Under the pieces are notes generated by a model. The model was not told the DNA's origin. It saw nothing but the letters and a program-made list of their open reading frames with translations, and searched no databases. 64,000 bases of DNA from Camelus ferus (taxonomy: Eukaryota). Position numbers and translations under genes: made by a program. The stretch is from contig NC_045696.1 of NCBI RefSeq assembly GCF_009834535.1, forward strand, positions 86,616,001 through 86,680,000, in the 5' to 3' direction. Below are positions 13,243-27,079 of this stretch, in pieces. Each line of letters begins with the position of its first letter. Position 1 is the stretch's first letter.

Positions 13243-14699
13243 TATTTAAAGTCAGCTTGAGAATAATGTATTCTTTCATGAACGAAAAGTTTCAAGGACA
13301 GATGTGGACAGATATTTAAAAATTACTGATGAAAAAATGTTCAGTGATCCTTTATATATGAGGAATGCATTTAATTTTCCAAATTAAAATCAAGATTACA
13401 AAAATTGACCACTAGATCATTTATTTACTCTATTTGTGTTTTCCCCTTCCAATCCATTAAACTATACTAAGATAAATAATATCTGTTGTAAATAACAAGG
13501 AAGTCAATGCCTGTTATCTTTAGGATATTAAATTATGTTTGGTTTTATTTTTTTAATTTAAAATGAACCCTTTAAAGCATTCAATCTACTGATAATATTT
13601 TTTCTGGTAGATTCTGATGAATAGTTTAAAGTGTCAAGAAATGACAGAACAATGGTAAAAAAAATCAAAATTTCAGTTTCAAGGAGACAAAGAAAAAAAA
13701 TATTCAGAGGAATGTGAAACCATTAATTTTTTTAGCTAAAAAGAATTAGAAATGATAATATTGGGTAGTCTAAGACATAGCACTTTATTACAAACTCTTA
13801 TTTTATTGTTTTCCTGCAATATTACTTTTCTCTATTCAATATTTGGAAAAGTTAGGTTGAAAATATGTTTATTGGATAAATGACAAAAAGAGTGAAGACA
13901 TGCAGCTTGACGACTGCAGATTTCACCTTAAAGTATGGTAATACAGACAAAAATAATAGCAGTCATTAAAATTTCAAAAAATCAAATTCTAATCAGTGCC
14001 AGCTTCTGAAATCATCATGAATATTACTAATATTACTAATATTGAATACTAAAATATTACTAATAGTGTTCAACACAGTAGAAATACTACAAATATTGTA
14101 CAATCAAAATATAACTAAGAATAGTATCAATTCTTTATCTGCTATTTCAAAACACAAATCATTATTGTTTACAAATAATTTCTACCATTTGCAACCACAG
14201 GTCATACTCCTTGCTAGATAGGACATCTTAGGAACTTGACATAACCTACCACAAAGCCATTTACTAAAACACTGAACTGTTTATCCAGTAAGAGCAGAGA
14301 AGTGCTTTGATCACATTATTCCCTAGGATAGAAATGTGGGGACCATCAAAAGCAAAAGACATAGTTCTGTTTTAATGTAAATGGATATGTTTAACCCTAA
14401 TCTCTTCATAAAGACATACACTTCAAAAGAGGAACTGTGCTGGGATGTCTAAAAGAGAGGCCTTATTTGGCAGAAGGAATATGGATATAACTCTTCCTCC
14501 ATTGTTGACTTTGAGTATAATTCACCGTTCAGAAATGACATGCCTTCTTAGTATTATTTCTTCAAAAACAGTGTTTATGAGTGTGGTGTAACTTCTGAAG
14601 GAAAATGTGTTGGCAGCATTGTTATTATTATAATGCATTTTTTTCTTTTGTCCATAATGGAAATGCTTAGATATATAGCAATACCCAGGGATCCAGGGA

Positions 14700-14800
14700 T
14701 GGAAATGGAGGTCACTGATTCTGAGAAGCTGAGTAACTTGTATTAAGTATCACAAGTAAGTATGCAACAGACCTGGGATTTGGACACTAGCCTCCGACCT
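14700..14800 (-). mobile_element. MIR fragment
   Basis: gagaagctgagtaacttg...cacaagtaagtatgcaacagacctgggatttg, the MIR core in antisense. Confidence 0.6.
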
Positions 14801-17369
14801 ACACTCCGCACAACTGTCTTTCTTGTTAAAAGTTCCCTTTCTGTGTAAAAAAGAAAATTCTCAGAGAGAGGAAAGTTGATTTCTTCTAAATCACATCAAA
14901 AAGTGTTCAGCTATCTCAGCTGTCACTAATGATGAGATCTATGAAGTCAGTTGAAATTATAGATCGTAATTTTCTTTCCTCTCATTTTGGCTCTCCAACA
15001 TCTGGTGACAGTATAAAGAGAAATCCCCACAAATGTTTGGGTGTTTTTATACGCGTATGCAATTTTTTTCAAGTTTGCCTTTCACCAACTTTGATTTATA
15101 CTCGATTTTAAAGCATATTGAGTCATATGCTCTCCTCGCTAGTAGGAGGGAGTAGCCGCCATAAATCCTTGATACTGCCACTTACACAAAGAAAAGGATT
15201 GTTCTGGATTGCATGGCAGATATAATACCAGCTCAGGGGCAAGAAAAATATGATGAGAGAAGAATTCGCAATGTCCTCTAGGCAAAGAAAGGTATGGAGC
15301 AGGCCTTTTATTATCAAAGAGAAATTAAGCTAATTCATTTGTAAGTGCTAAAATTGTACAATGGAGAAACTATTATTTTTACCCCAAAGATCTAGCTGTA
15401 AACAAAGCAAATGGAGCATTTTTCTTACCAATAAAATCCAAGTACCATCAATTATAACTGCTTGGAAATAATTATATTAATAATCATATCATACACTATT
15501 TGATGCATGTCAGTTTTCTCATTCATATCAAAGAGATAAAGAATCTGCCTTTTCCAAAGCATAAAGTAAAATTTAAATAAAAAACTGAATTTAAATTTTT
15601 AAAAAGTCATGTTTGAAATTTCAGTAGGATTTATGGGTAAACACAGAATACACAGCTTTATCACAGAATACTACATAGTTTTCTAGGCACATCTGATTAT
15701 CTTTATTTCCTGGGAGATAGCAATAATCATATGCCCACCAACATAATTTTGGATTCCAAATAATTGGCAGGAGTATGCAGCCAGGATAAATCATTTTATT
15801 TTAGATAGAAAAATATGTTAACATTATTTTACATAAAAATGCACAATTAGATTGTTGCAGGCATAGTAAGAGACCCTAGAAAATATGCTTATAGTAATAT
15901 TATGTGATATTCAATGGTTATACTTGTAAGATCTATTTTTTTTAAAATAGAGTCACTGGAGGGCAGACAATGAGAAAAGTTAAAACTCAGACATATATTA
16001 AATTCTGCTCTAGTCTCATTTAAATTCTGACAAAGTAATCAGTATTGAGTAAAGGAAAAATGAGAATTCACTCATTCTTTAGTATTCTCTATTCTCCTTT
16101 AGTTTTAGTTATGAATTGTAATTTCATCAGGTTTTTAGGCTAATTCTCTAATAACTTAGCTGCAAATCCTTTTAGGCAAAAGATACCTGATTAGAAAGGA
16201 AATGTATAATATTACTGGAATAAGGTGATTTCTAAGTGAACTTTTACAGTATATCTGTGAAACCTAGGATATTTATAATGCTATTTTTTCTAGCAAGTAT
16301 GAATTAACCATTTAAAATATGTTAATAAAAGTCATATAATATATTATTTTTAAAGAAATTCAAATCGCTCTGTATTCTACTGTTTATGTTCACTTTAATC
16401 TGATTTATGACGGGACTTCATGGTAATAGTTGAAAGTGAAATATAATGAAAATAAGGATACCAAGTATACAGAAGACTGAATAATTTGGGGTTTTTATAT
16501 TTTCAACACAAATAAATACTCCACATAATCATATAGAATATCAAAATGGAAGTAACATAAGTTCTTTTCTTTCATGTTTATGGTATTGTGTTATCATTCC
16601 CCCCCCCCCCAAATCTGCAGCATAAATGCAGGAATCTGTAGTCCCACAGTACTGGAGACAGAAACTACACAAGGATCCAAACAAGCTTACTCTTGAAACA
16701 AAGCCATGTAGCTGAGTAGGTGGCTGTGTTGGGGGCAAACTCTAACTGAGAGTTCTCAAATTAACTTCCATGTAGAATACAATATTTATTAACAGTAAAG
16801 GGACAAAATGCACTAATTTGAAGCATATAATATACATACTCCACCTGCAATCTGTATAACAATATTACAAGTGTTAAGAACCTAAACCAGAAAAAAGTTT
16901 TGGGGAACTATATTTTATCTCTGATTTTATTTAGAATTGCTGGCACAACAGTTAATAAAAAACAAGCTCTTTGGTCTTCTTTTGTTATAATTTAAAGATC
17001 ATAATTAAGTAATTAACATATTCATTGCCTACATGCAAAGCAGACATCTCTGTCACTTTACTCTCATTACACCACTGCTAATACTTGAATTATATTTTAG
17101 TATGTGTTTATGTGATGGAAGTTCAGCATTGGAATCCTATTTCTCTCATGCATTTTCTCTCATTTTATAGGATAGATATTTATAGACACAACACTTCTAA
17201 TTAGGGTCCTACTTATTTGTGAGAATGTGTGTCAGATGGAAAGGTTTCTGTCTTTCTATATCACTCAGATACAAGCAAACTATAAATAGATGCAACTATC
17301 TAATTACTCTGTTTTGTCTTCTAGCATAGATATGTTCAAACATTTATATATTGTGATGCATATTATAGT

Positions 17370-17975
17370 GTGTCTCCTTCAGCTTTCATTTCTTTCCTTT
17401 TAGTTTGAGAAGATGGTTATTTAAAGGCTACATAGCACAGACAACCGCACTACTGGTTTTCTGGCTGGCACTAGGTTCTGATAACAGTTGCATTCGCATG
17501 CAACTTAGAAGAGAAAAGGAAGATAGAGAGCATTTTGTTCCCTTTTTCTTTCTGGTGACACGTATGGTTGTACATATGAGAGTTCTCTGCAAAAACACTA
17601 CAATTTCTATACTCCAGTGTCCTTAATGACAAGAAGTAGGTTGGTGTTGATGGTGGCTTCCTGATTTTCCAATAGTTTCTTATTCTGGGTAACAGATATG
17701 GGTGTCCATTCTCTAGCTTCTTGGGTAATAAGAGGAAATTGTAGCCTTGGCAATAACAAGGTCAGGTTTCAGCATAATTTCATGGTGGTCTAAGAGGTAT
17801 AGCATTCTCTAGTTCAGTTCTGAATTGTTCTGCTGTCTTTCCTGGAGTCCCAGTCTAGAGCCTCTCCTTCATACTTTCAAAAGTTTTATATAGATCAATA
17901 CTTATATTAAAACACTTACGCTTAAGTTACCTTAAGTTATTTATGTTTCTTGCACTTAACTATAATTCATGCACA
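17370..17975 (+). mobile_element. Ancient ERVL-class LTR (LTR33/41/50-like)
   Basis: 3' end tattaaaacacttacgcttaagttaccttaagttatttatgtttcttgcact...aca resembles ERVL LTR termini. Confidence 0.5.
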
Positions 17976-17984
17976 CATTGCTAT

Positions 17985-18520
17985 TCAGGCATTCTGCTAT
18001 AATTATTATATATACTTTTCTGAAACACCTTGTATTGTGCAAAATCATGCACTGAAAACATCATAGCTTTGGGGGAGATTGGATTAGGAAAAGACCAATC
18101 AAAACTTATGCAATTTTGTGACAAGAATGTGAGCAAAAGTGGCAATAATACTAATAAAACACCAATATGGTTTAAAAGATATATTGTATTTCTAATAAAT
18201 AAAGAAGTACCATAACAAGTATCTTTATCTTTTGTTGAAAACAGTGAAGTTAGTTTATTGGAAAGTTTGAGAAGATCAATGGTATTCAATGATGGAAATG
18301 AGTACTGGTGGCTGTCATCGTCAGAAGAGTCAGGAGGAAAAGCAGTTGGAGGCTTTTCATGAAATGATGTGATGCACCAGATAGATAACTCTGGTTCACA
18401 TTGTGTTAAACTTGTGTCCAAACTGAGCCAAATGGAAGACTACAGTGTGAATGATTATTGTGAACACTACTGTACTCTATGGCTTGCAGAGAATTCATAT
18501 ATTTTACATTCATTCTCTAT
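17985..18520 (+). mobile_element. Ancient Tigger (TcMar) DNA transposon fragment, Tigger12-like
   Basis: cattctgctataat...gcaaaatcatgcactgaaaacatcatagctttgggggagattggattagg resembles the Tigger12-type left end; right boundary uncertain. Confidence 0.55.
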
Positions 18521-19015
18521 TATCTGAAGGTACAAAACTTAAAGTTGCTGGGAAAATGTATGTTATACTGACTGATAAAAAATATTAATCATGCTTGAGA
18601 TAATTTTTACTATTGTAAAGCAGATGATACATATAGTTTTATTTAAATTAATTTTATTTTCTCCTTTATGTTATGTTAAAAATACTGATTATTGGATATA
18701 TGTGTGTAACTGTGGGTATTTTATATACAAATTTTATTTTAAGAGTTATTGTTATTTTAATACTTTAATATTTTAATATTTATTTATAATAGGCCACTTA
18801 TTTTTTTAAAAAGCAGATACTGTACCAGACTTGACATGTTCGAGGTCTTTTTCAAACCTCATCTTATCAAAGAAAATGGTCAGGAGTGATTTGCTTCTCT
18901 GAATTATGGTCACAACTGTCTGCAGCTCCCAACATTTGTGACTTCACTTCTAAGAACTTGGAAGGACTAAAGGGACATTTCCCACAAACTTACTGGTATC
19001 CTTACTCGCTGGTAT

Positions 19016-19067
19016 TTTTCTTTCTTTTCTTTTCTTTCTTTTCTTTCTTTCTTTCTCTTTCTTTCTT

Positions 19068-19127
<60 letters not shown>

Positions 19128-19200
19128 TCCTTCTTTCCTTCTTTCCTTCTTTCCTTCCTTCCTTCTTTTTCTTCCTTCCTTCCTTTTCTTTTTTTTGTTT
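19016..19200. repeat. Compound (TTTC)n/(TTCC)n polypyrimidine microsatellite
   Basis: Direct reading. Confidence 0.95.
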
Positions 19201-19934
19201 TTAGTTAATAGTAAACCAAAGTGAAAATAAATCAAGCTGAATACAAGTTATTATTCTTAATACAGATCAGACTTTGTACCCAGATGCTGGCCTAGCTCAC
19301 ATATACTCTAAACATCTGCATACATCAGGAAGAAACCTAATCTCCTGGCTACTGTAATGCTCAGCCTCTCCTGAGTCTAAACATAGTGCACTATAGAATA
19401 GCCAATAAATACCTACCATTTTGTAACTGATACTCCTACTAGACCCAGTGCCAAATTCAGATATGTAATTCCTAGAAGCTGACAGTGACTGAGATCCTGG
19501 CCGTAAAATTATCCCATTATGCGTTTTAGAGTTTTATATGCAGTGGGTTTTAAGGCATTTTTTCAAATCAGTGCATTTTTATCTTATATTACTTATTACA
19601 TTATGGAAATTCTGCTATATAGTTAAAATGAAAGATTACATTTTATTATATAACATGACTTATAAAAAATAGTGTCTGCTTATTGATATGCGTGTCCATA
19701 GATTTATAATTAGAATCACCTCAGTGATGAGTGAATGCTATTATATTAAAAAAAAGTTCATGCATCCTTTCTATTTCTTCACATTCTAAAATTTTTAAAA
19801 TTGCAGTCTTAGTCATTATTCTTGAAAAAAGTATGTCTTATATCTTATCTATATTTCTGTTCGTTTACTGATTTAAATTTGTAGTGATGGTATTTAAATG
19901 TTGCTAACAGTTTTCAGAGCAATAGTATTTTCTT

Positions 19935-20070
19935 ATATTACCTAATTTAATCTTGAGCTAATAATAAATCTCATTTTATAGAAGAGCAAATAACCTCAGA
20001 GTAGTTATTTTTCCAGGATCACAGACCTACTATGAGGCAAAATCTGGCCTCAAATTCAAGTTGACTTTTT
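19935..20070 (-). mobile_element. MIR fragment
   Basis: tttaatctt...ctcattttatagaagagcaaataacctcagag...ccaggatcacag. Confidence 0.6.
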
Positions 20071-20453
20071 AATGACATGTTTTTATCATGGTCAACATGA
20101 TTATTATTGCTTTATTAATAATTATAGTATGACTAAAAATACAGCCTCCCTTACTTGCTCTCTACATTTATTAAAAAATAAATTTCATTTTCTTTAATTA
20201 ACATATTATTTTCCAAAACATATTTTAAGTATACTGAGTTCAATAAAATGGGGCAGTTTTATTTTAAAAAGTTTGAATCCAACAGCTGACATGAAGAATG
20301 AAAGTGAAGCAAAATGATAGCTCGAAATCACTTTTATAGACTCTAGGTAAATTTAAAATTGCTCTCATCATTCTAATTAACTCATCTAGTTATTTCTAGA
20401 ATTCTCACAGAAAATCTAAAAGAAAATCTCAAAAATCAAAGAAAATGTTGCCT

Positions 20454-20553
20454 AGAATATGAAAATGAATATATGTATGTATACTTATGACAAACATTAT
20501 GCTGTATACCAGAAATTGATACATTGTAACTGACTATTCTTCAATTAAAATAA
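20454..20553 (+). mobile_element. 100-bp camelid-type L1 3' tail with 16-bp TSD
   Basis: agaatatgaaaatgaatatatgtatg...ccagaaattgatacattgtaactgactattcttcaattaaaa; flanks aaagaaaatgttgcct (20438-20453) and aaagaaaatgttatct (20554-20569). Confidence 0.85.
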
Positions 20554-21084
20554 AAAGAAAATGTTATCTGATTGCAGAGAGATCACACAAGGGAAGTGGG
20601 CAAAAGTTGAATAGCCACTTCAAAAAAGAAAGTATTTAAGTAACATAAACAATTAAGCCTAATTTAACCTCATTTATCAGAAAAATGTAAATGTGATAAA
20701 ATACAGGAATAAAGTTTAAATAATTAAAAATGGAAAAAAAAACAGATATTGATCCAATACTAAAACACAAACCCTAAATATATGCAGATACTAACTAGTA
20801 TATATAAAATAGATTAACAATTATTTATTATAATTAGGTTGATTTCTCTTGTCCATCAGATTTTTTGTTCTCTGAGATAGTCAAGATATATCTTGCACTA
20901 CTCCAGAAGCTTTATTAACACAATACTGGGCATAAAATATTTATTTAAGTACATTTTTTATTGATTGATATTCATCATTGTATTCAAGCAAAGACACTTA
21001 TAATTAGAAGTTCATTTTCTTTAGTAAAAGGTTTATCTAAACTCAGAAAAAATATATGCACCTTCCCCTTGCCATATCAGCCCT

Positions 21085-21210
21085 TTAATTTTATGGATGA
21101 AAAATTAGAAATTTAGAGGTTAATGATTTAGTCCAATATTACATACCAGGCTAGTGGCAAATCCATAACTTGGATACAGGTCCACTGATTTTTAGGCCAC
21201 TGTACCATGC
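21085..21210 (-). mobile_element. MIR fragment
   Basis: ttttatggatgaaaaattagaaatttagaggttaatgatttagtcca...gctagtggca. Confidence 0.6.
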
Positions 21211-24200
21211 AATTCAATAAATAATTTTAATAAAAAAGAGAATTTTTGAAAAAAAGAGCAACTTGATTATAATTCCAGGAATCAAATTTTCTTTCCTAGA
21301 ATGAGAGCTGCTGTTTAATGTCTATGTTCTTATTCCTATGATATATGATGTTGACTGCTAGTTGACAACCTCTTCTGAAGAAAGGAGGTAGTAAATAGTA
21401 CAAAGAAAAATAAAACACAGAAATTATAATATTTCCCTATGGGATAATATACATGGGAAAAAACTCTGGCAGACAAAAGGATAATAGATGTTGTTTAGCC
21501 ACCTGGAATTCCAAATGCAGTGCATCTAGCAAGAAGTAAAGGAAAACAGATGGATATTTCATCTTTTCTAGTGTATTCCTAAGAACCACAAGAACCTACT
21601 TGATTAACCAAGGGAACAATAATCTAATCCAACAGCAAAACACTAGTGATAAATGTAAAAAATAAAAAAAGGAATAAAAGTTTCTGTGATAGAAAGTAGA
21701 GTATAATCAGATTTATGATTAAGGAGGAATGAAGAAGAGCAGAGAAAAAACAAAATTGTATGTAGTATATGACAGAATGGCCAAAAAAATTTACTCCCTT
21801 ACATTTCAATAGTAACTTTGCTATTGCTTACTATAATTATGAGACTGTTTCTTTATTCCTTCAACTACAAACTATACAAACTCATATGGTAGGATGTTGG
21901 GGTGTTGCTATAGGGACAATTTTATTTTAAATTATTTTCTTTTTAAATAAATTCTCTTCAAATAATGCATATTATTAGAACTCATATTATATCTCCTTTT
22001 TGTTTCTAGTTGCCTTTAAAATCATTATGATAAAAACTCGCTCAAGACAAATGGCAGTTAATAATAACAAGTATTAAATTAGCATCTCTGAAAAACAAAA
22101 TGAATGACATATAAGACATGAATGTTAGATAGGCACTGGAATAAATGATATTGAGGCAAGTTTTATTTAATGTAACCTGTTAAAAATAAATCTGAGGATA
22201 AAAATGGTTAGTAATTTTGCCTAATAGGTTGAAGAAATAATAATTAACCTGAATTAGAGGTTAACTATAGCTAGGAGAAAGAGGCCAAAAAAAAAAAAAA
22301 AAAAAAAAGCAGACATATTTCCATGACTCTAAAATGAAAACTATATATATTAAAAAAGGAAATTATTAGTAGGTCTTTAGATGAATAGACCAAACAGCAA
22401 ATTAACATGTGTTTTTATAATAATAATCCTGCACATTTGTAATTGCAGATCTATAAGGATTTCAAATAAAAAATTTAAACTACCACTCTGCTATGTTATC
22501 AATTAATATTTTTGTTTTGAATTTTCTTATGTAGCATCATGTGGCTTGCACTGCATTATCAGTAATGCCATTAATACATTTTTTATTTAAAAAAGGAACA
22601 GTGCTTTCCCTTAGATAAATCTTAAACCAAACTCTTCACATTAGTCAATTTTCAAGTAACATCACTTTCCTATCTTGATAAACATAAGCAAACATTTATT
22701 TTTTAGCAAGGTATAAAATAGTGAAATCAATTCTTTATATCAGTGGTTTCCTCTCTTAAAACTGACTCATTCATATGAGAGCTTCAAGTGATGATGGAGG
22801 TTATGGATAATCTCTTTGTGTCATGTCTAAATTTTTCTCTTTGGGCTAGGATAGAACGTCCTTATTTCTTCTACAAGTTCAATAAGGCTATTGGCTACAG
22901 TTTGAATCAAGGTTCCAGTTGTCCCAGTGGTGCCATGATGGTGGAAAAAAGGTAGACCACATTTAACCCTGCACTGAAGGACAGAAACACTTCTAACTTT
23001 TATTTCAGAAATTCCTCTGACAAACTCTTAAGAAATAAGAAATAAAGCTTTTCAATTTATTAATTCATCAAGGAACCATCTGAAGAAAAACAACAAAATA
23101 TCGTAACTTGTGCAGCTTTGAATGTGTTCCATAACTTATCAGCTGTGATATGATTAGCACACTCATTCCATTTTAATGAGAACTCGTGGCAAATTTCCTG
23201 GCTCTAGAAAACTATGTCACATGCTAGTATTGACAGAATACTGCAAACTCTTTTGCTAATATTTATAGAATACTTCTTAATAGAATAGGGGGGCTTTGCC
23301 TTAAATTACAGAATGATCTTCCTAACCTCTAAATAGCATGGAAGCCATAGTACACATCACTTTTCAGTATCTAAGCTTTGCAAATCAGTCTCAAGATTAC
23401 CAAATGTAATTCCTTCAGTTTTCTTTGTCATTGTCAAGGCAAATGTATCCTTTTTGTTTTTATAACGATATATGTAATACTGGTCCTTTTTCATCTCTAG
23501 TATCTTTAAGCATTAATGACTTATTTCCAAGTTTGAAGTTGTAATTTATATTTGGACATGTATTAGAAAATTCATTTTTCATAACATCTTAGCAAGATCT
23601 TAGTATTAATTTCTTAATATTGTTGTTTTAGTAGATGATCAGACAGGAAAACAAAAGCAAAATTATATCTTCAGTGACAGTCTTATGTGTATTACCCTCT
23701 AAACACATCTTCATCATATGTATTTGAGAAAGGAAAAAAAAAGGTTTATGATTACCCTGAGGTTAAATAGAAATATAAGATTAAAGAAAAAAGAAAAAGG
23801 AGGAAGAATGAATATTGTCTGAGTGGTAAGAAATATTATTTTTTGAGAAATAATATTTTAATAAAAAATAAATCATCAAATTAATTCCAAATTCATTTCA
23901 AGATTCAAGAGAAAGTATAATATTTCTGAAAGGTAAGGTTAATTACGATTCCTTGTTTTTCTAGCGAAAAAGGGATACTTTTCAAAGTTGATAAATCAAG
24001 AAATAACACCCAAAGATACTTTTAATATTCATGGATTGTTGCTTATTCAACCCATTTCTTGTTTGCCATTTGAGTGTTTCCTTGTGAAAAGATCTTCCAC
24101 TGCTGGATTTTGTTATCCCTTTTTCATAGTGTGAAGTAACCTCGAGTATTTGGTGATTTTGGACTGTGCCTTCATTTTTTGATTGGAATCCCCTTAAATC

Positions 24201-24359
24201 TCCAGCCTCAGCTCCTCGTTCAGCCTGCCATGGGAGGAGCTGGGTGGGGTTTTGCCTGAAGCTACTAACTTGGATCTTTCAAGCTTGTTTCATGTGTCAG
24301 TAGAAAGCATGGAAGGATGGAGGGCAGTGATAATCGGTTAGAACTAAAAAAGGTAGAAA

Positions 24360-24998
24360 TTGGAATTTCATACATGGTTGGTGTGACCACAGTGGAAAAC
24401 AGTTTGGCAGTTCCTCAAAATGTTGTATTTAGTTACTATATGACCTTGCAATTCTATTCCTAGGTATACTGTCCAAGAGTGTTTTAAGCATATGCTCACA
24501 CAAAAAAGTTGTACAAAAATGTCACAGTGGCATTGTTCACAATAGCCAAAAAGTGGAAACAATTCAAGTGTCCATTAACCGGTGAATGGATAGATAAGCT
24601 GTTTTATACAAGGACAATGCAATACTATTGAGCCATGAAAGGGAATGAAGTATTGATACATGCTACAACATGGATGAATCCTGAAGACATTATGCTAACT
24701 GAAAGAAGCCAGATATAAAAGGCCACACAGAGTGTAATTCTATTTACATGAAGTTTCCAGAATAGGCAAATGCAAAGACACAGAAAGTAGGTCAGTAGTT
24801 GCTTGGGGATGAGGAGTACAGGAAATTGGTTGTAACTACTAACAAATGTGAGTTTCTTTTCAGGTTGATGAAATTTTCTGGAATTAAATAGTGGTGATGG
24901 TTGCACAGCATTGTGAATATACTGAAATCCACTAAATCATACACTTTGGTGAAATTTAATAATAATGTGAATTTTATCTCAATTAAAAGTTAAAAAAA
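24360..24998 (+). mobile_element. L1MB-like 3' end (ORF2 C-terminus remnant, 3'UTR, A tail)
   Basis: gtggaaaacagtttggcagttcctcaaaa...aatagccaaaaagtggaaacaa...gaaagaagccaga...atagtggtgatggttgcaca...ttatctcaattaaaa. Confidence 0.88.
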
Positions 24999-25049
24999 TC
25001 TGGTATCACTACAAGTCACAGATACTATATAAGGAGGAATATTTAGAAA

Positions 25050-25805
25050 AGCCAAAAGAAAGAGATGAGAAAAAACAAGGACACATTAAACACAGTCCAA
25101 CTCCCAGTAAGATTAACATACATTCTCACATCATAGGTCTATTTATCTATTTACCTGATAATGCCTGGTTTTCAACACACACACAAAGTACAAGTCATGC
25201 CAAAGGCAAGGAAAAACACAGCCTGAATTAACAGAGCAAGTATTAGAACCTAACTTAGATATTATACAGATGTTAGAAATATCAGACAGGGAGTTAAATT
25301 GACTATGATTCTTACAGTAAAGGACTCTAATGAATAAGTATATAGCATGCAAGACACTATGGGTAATGCAAACAGAAACGGAAATTTTAAGAACCAAAAG
25401 GAAATGCTATAAATTAAAAACTCTGTAATAGAATTAAAGAATTATTTGTATGGGTCCATCCTATACTCAGCATTTCAGGTGAAATAATCAGCAATCTTGA
25501 AGATAGGACAATAAAATTTTCCAAAGTGTAAAACAGAGAGAGAAAAAAATCAAGTAATTGTATAACAATTTCAAAAGGTGTAACATAAATTGTGATTACA
25601 AAAAAAGAAATGAAAGAATGGAGTAGAAGAAATAAAGTATCAATATAGAAAAATCCCTAAAATTATCACAGATACAAAAATACAGATCTAAGAACCTAAG
25701 AAAGCACAAAGTAGGATAAATGCCAAAAACAAGACAAATAAAAAACCCAGAAAGCCACAACAGCAAAACACTCACACATATACTGAAATTGAAAACACAC
25801 ATATA

Positions 25806-25851
<46 letters not shown>

Positions 25852-26260
25852 GCAAAGAGAAACTCTTTGAAGAAGCCAAATGAAAGAACACCTTACCTCT
25901 AGAGAAACAAGAAGAGAAATTACATCAAGCAAGATAAGAGCAGAGTAAAAGATTCAAAATGTTGAAGAGAAAAATCAACTATCTCAGAATTCTGTATTTA
26001 ATGATATTATCCTTTAAAAGTGAAGCTGAAATATAGACTACCATAGACAAACAAAAACTGAGAGAATTCATCGCCAGCACTCCTGTGCAAATAAGTATTA
26101 AAAGAATTTCTTTAAGCAGATGGAAAATGATGTAGGTCAGAATCTGGGATCCACGTAAAGAAAGAAGAGTGTCAGAAAAGTATAAATTAAAATAAAATTA
26201 AATATTTTATCTTTCTTAGTTGATTTTAAAAGTAACAAGGTATTGGGTGATCAGAGCATA
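25050..26260 (+). mobile_element. L1MC/MD-like 5' region and decayed ORF1
   Basis: Sense counterpart of the 3940-6380 element (ggactctaatgaataagtatatagcatgcaagac...gaaattttaagaaccaaaaggaaatgcta). Confidence 0.75.
25808..25849. repeat. (CA)n microsatellite
   Basis: Direct reading. Confidence 0.95.
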
Positions 26261-26774
26261 AGAGAAACCTGATAAACACTACTTCAGCCTGGTATATATA
26301 TATATTTATATATACACACACATACACATACGCATACATACACTTATAATTCAAGACATATTGGGAGATTTGATCTGGATACTAGTGGTGGTTTTAAGCT
26401 CCAATACTTTATTCTCAGTTTGCTGTCAAAGCTAATTTTGACAGTGTATAAGTCATACAGTTCTATGTAAATAATTTCCAGCAGCCACCATCAGCAATTT
26501 TAAAGTACTTGCTTATTCAGCAAGTGGTCTTCTTATAGAGATATCTAGTACCAAAAGATGAAGTGCAATTTTAAATTACATTTTGGTGCATTTCTCTTGA
26601 CATTTTAAGAACTTTATATTTTACTTATATGGACTATTATAGTTTATGAAAGACAAGAAAACTTTGCTCAACAAAGATTAAAAACAAGTTAATTTTTAAA
26701 GATATATTATCTTGTAACTGTTGACTTTTACATCAATGCTGTAGGTTTTCTTTTATACATTTAATTGGAAGCTA

Positions 26775-27050
26775 TGTGTCTTCAGTTGGGTTCCCTGAGA
26801 AGCAGGCTCTGAGGAAAGCACTTGTGATTAGTTCTACATGAGGTAATATCACAAAGAACTAGTAGAGGAATGGGAATTGAGAGAGTAGAGAGATGGAAAT
26901 CAATAAAAGATATTTTATTAAATGGGGGGAGCATTCTGGACAACTAGAAATCAGGGAGACAGTGTAGAACACACTTCAGAATTTTCCTAAGCAAAGGAAA
27001 ACATAGGTAAGGATAGCTGTCGGTGAGATTAGGTGGGTATTACTTGGAAA
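26775..27050 (-). mobile_element. ERVL LTR fragment (LTR16-like)
   Basis: tgtcttcagttgggttccctgagaagcaggctctgag...gggagacagtgtagaacacacttcagaattt. Confidence 0.55.
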
Positions 27051-27079
27051 TCTCAGACTGGACAATATACTTTGAGAGG

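Noticed and set aside
14020..14066. Short aatattact repeats, superficially array-like
   Set aside because: Low-complexity slippage with no repeat-spacer structure; CRISPR is not applicable to this mammalian DNA
17981..18421. Longest ORF in the track (146 aa, minus strand)
   Set aside because: Lies in a Tigger-like fossil; no recognisable domain or splice context
18886..19235. F/L/S-rich and K/E/R-rich ORFs
   Set aside because: Translations of the (TTTC)n microsatellite
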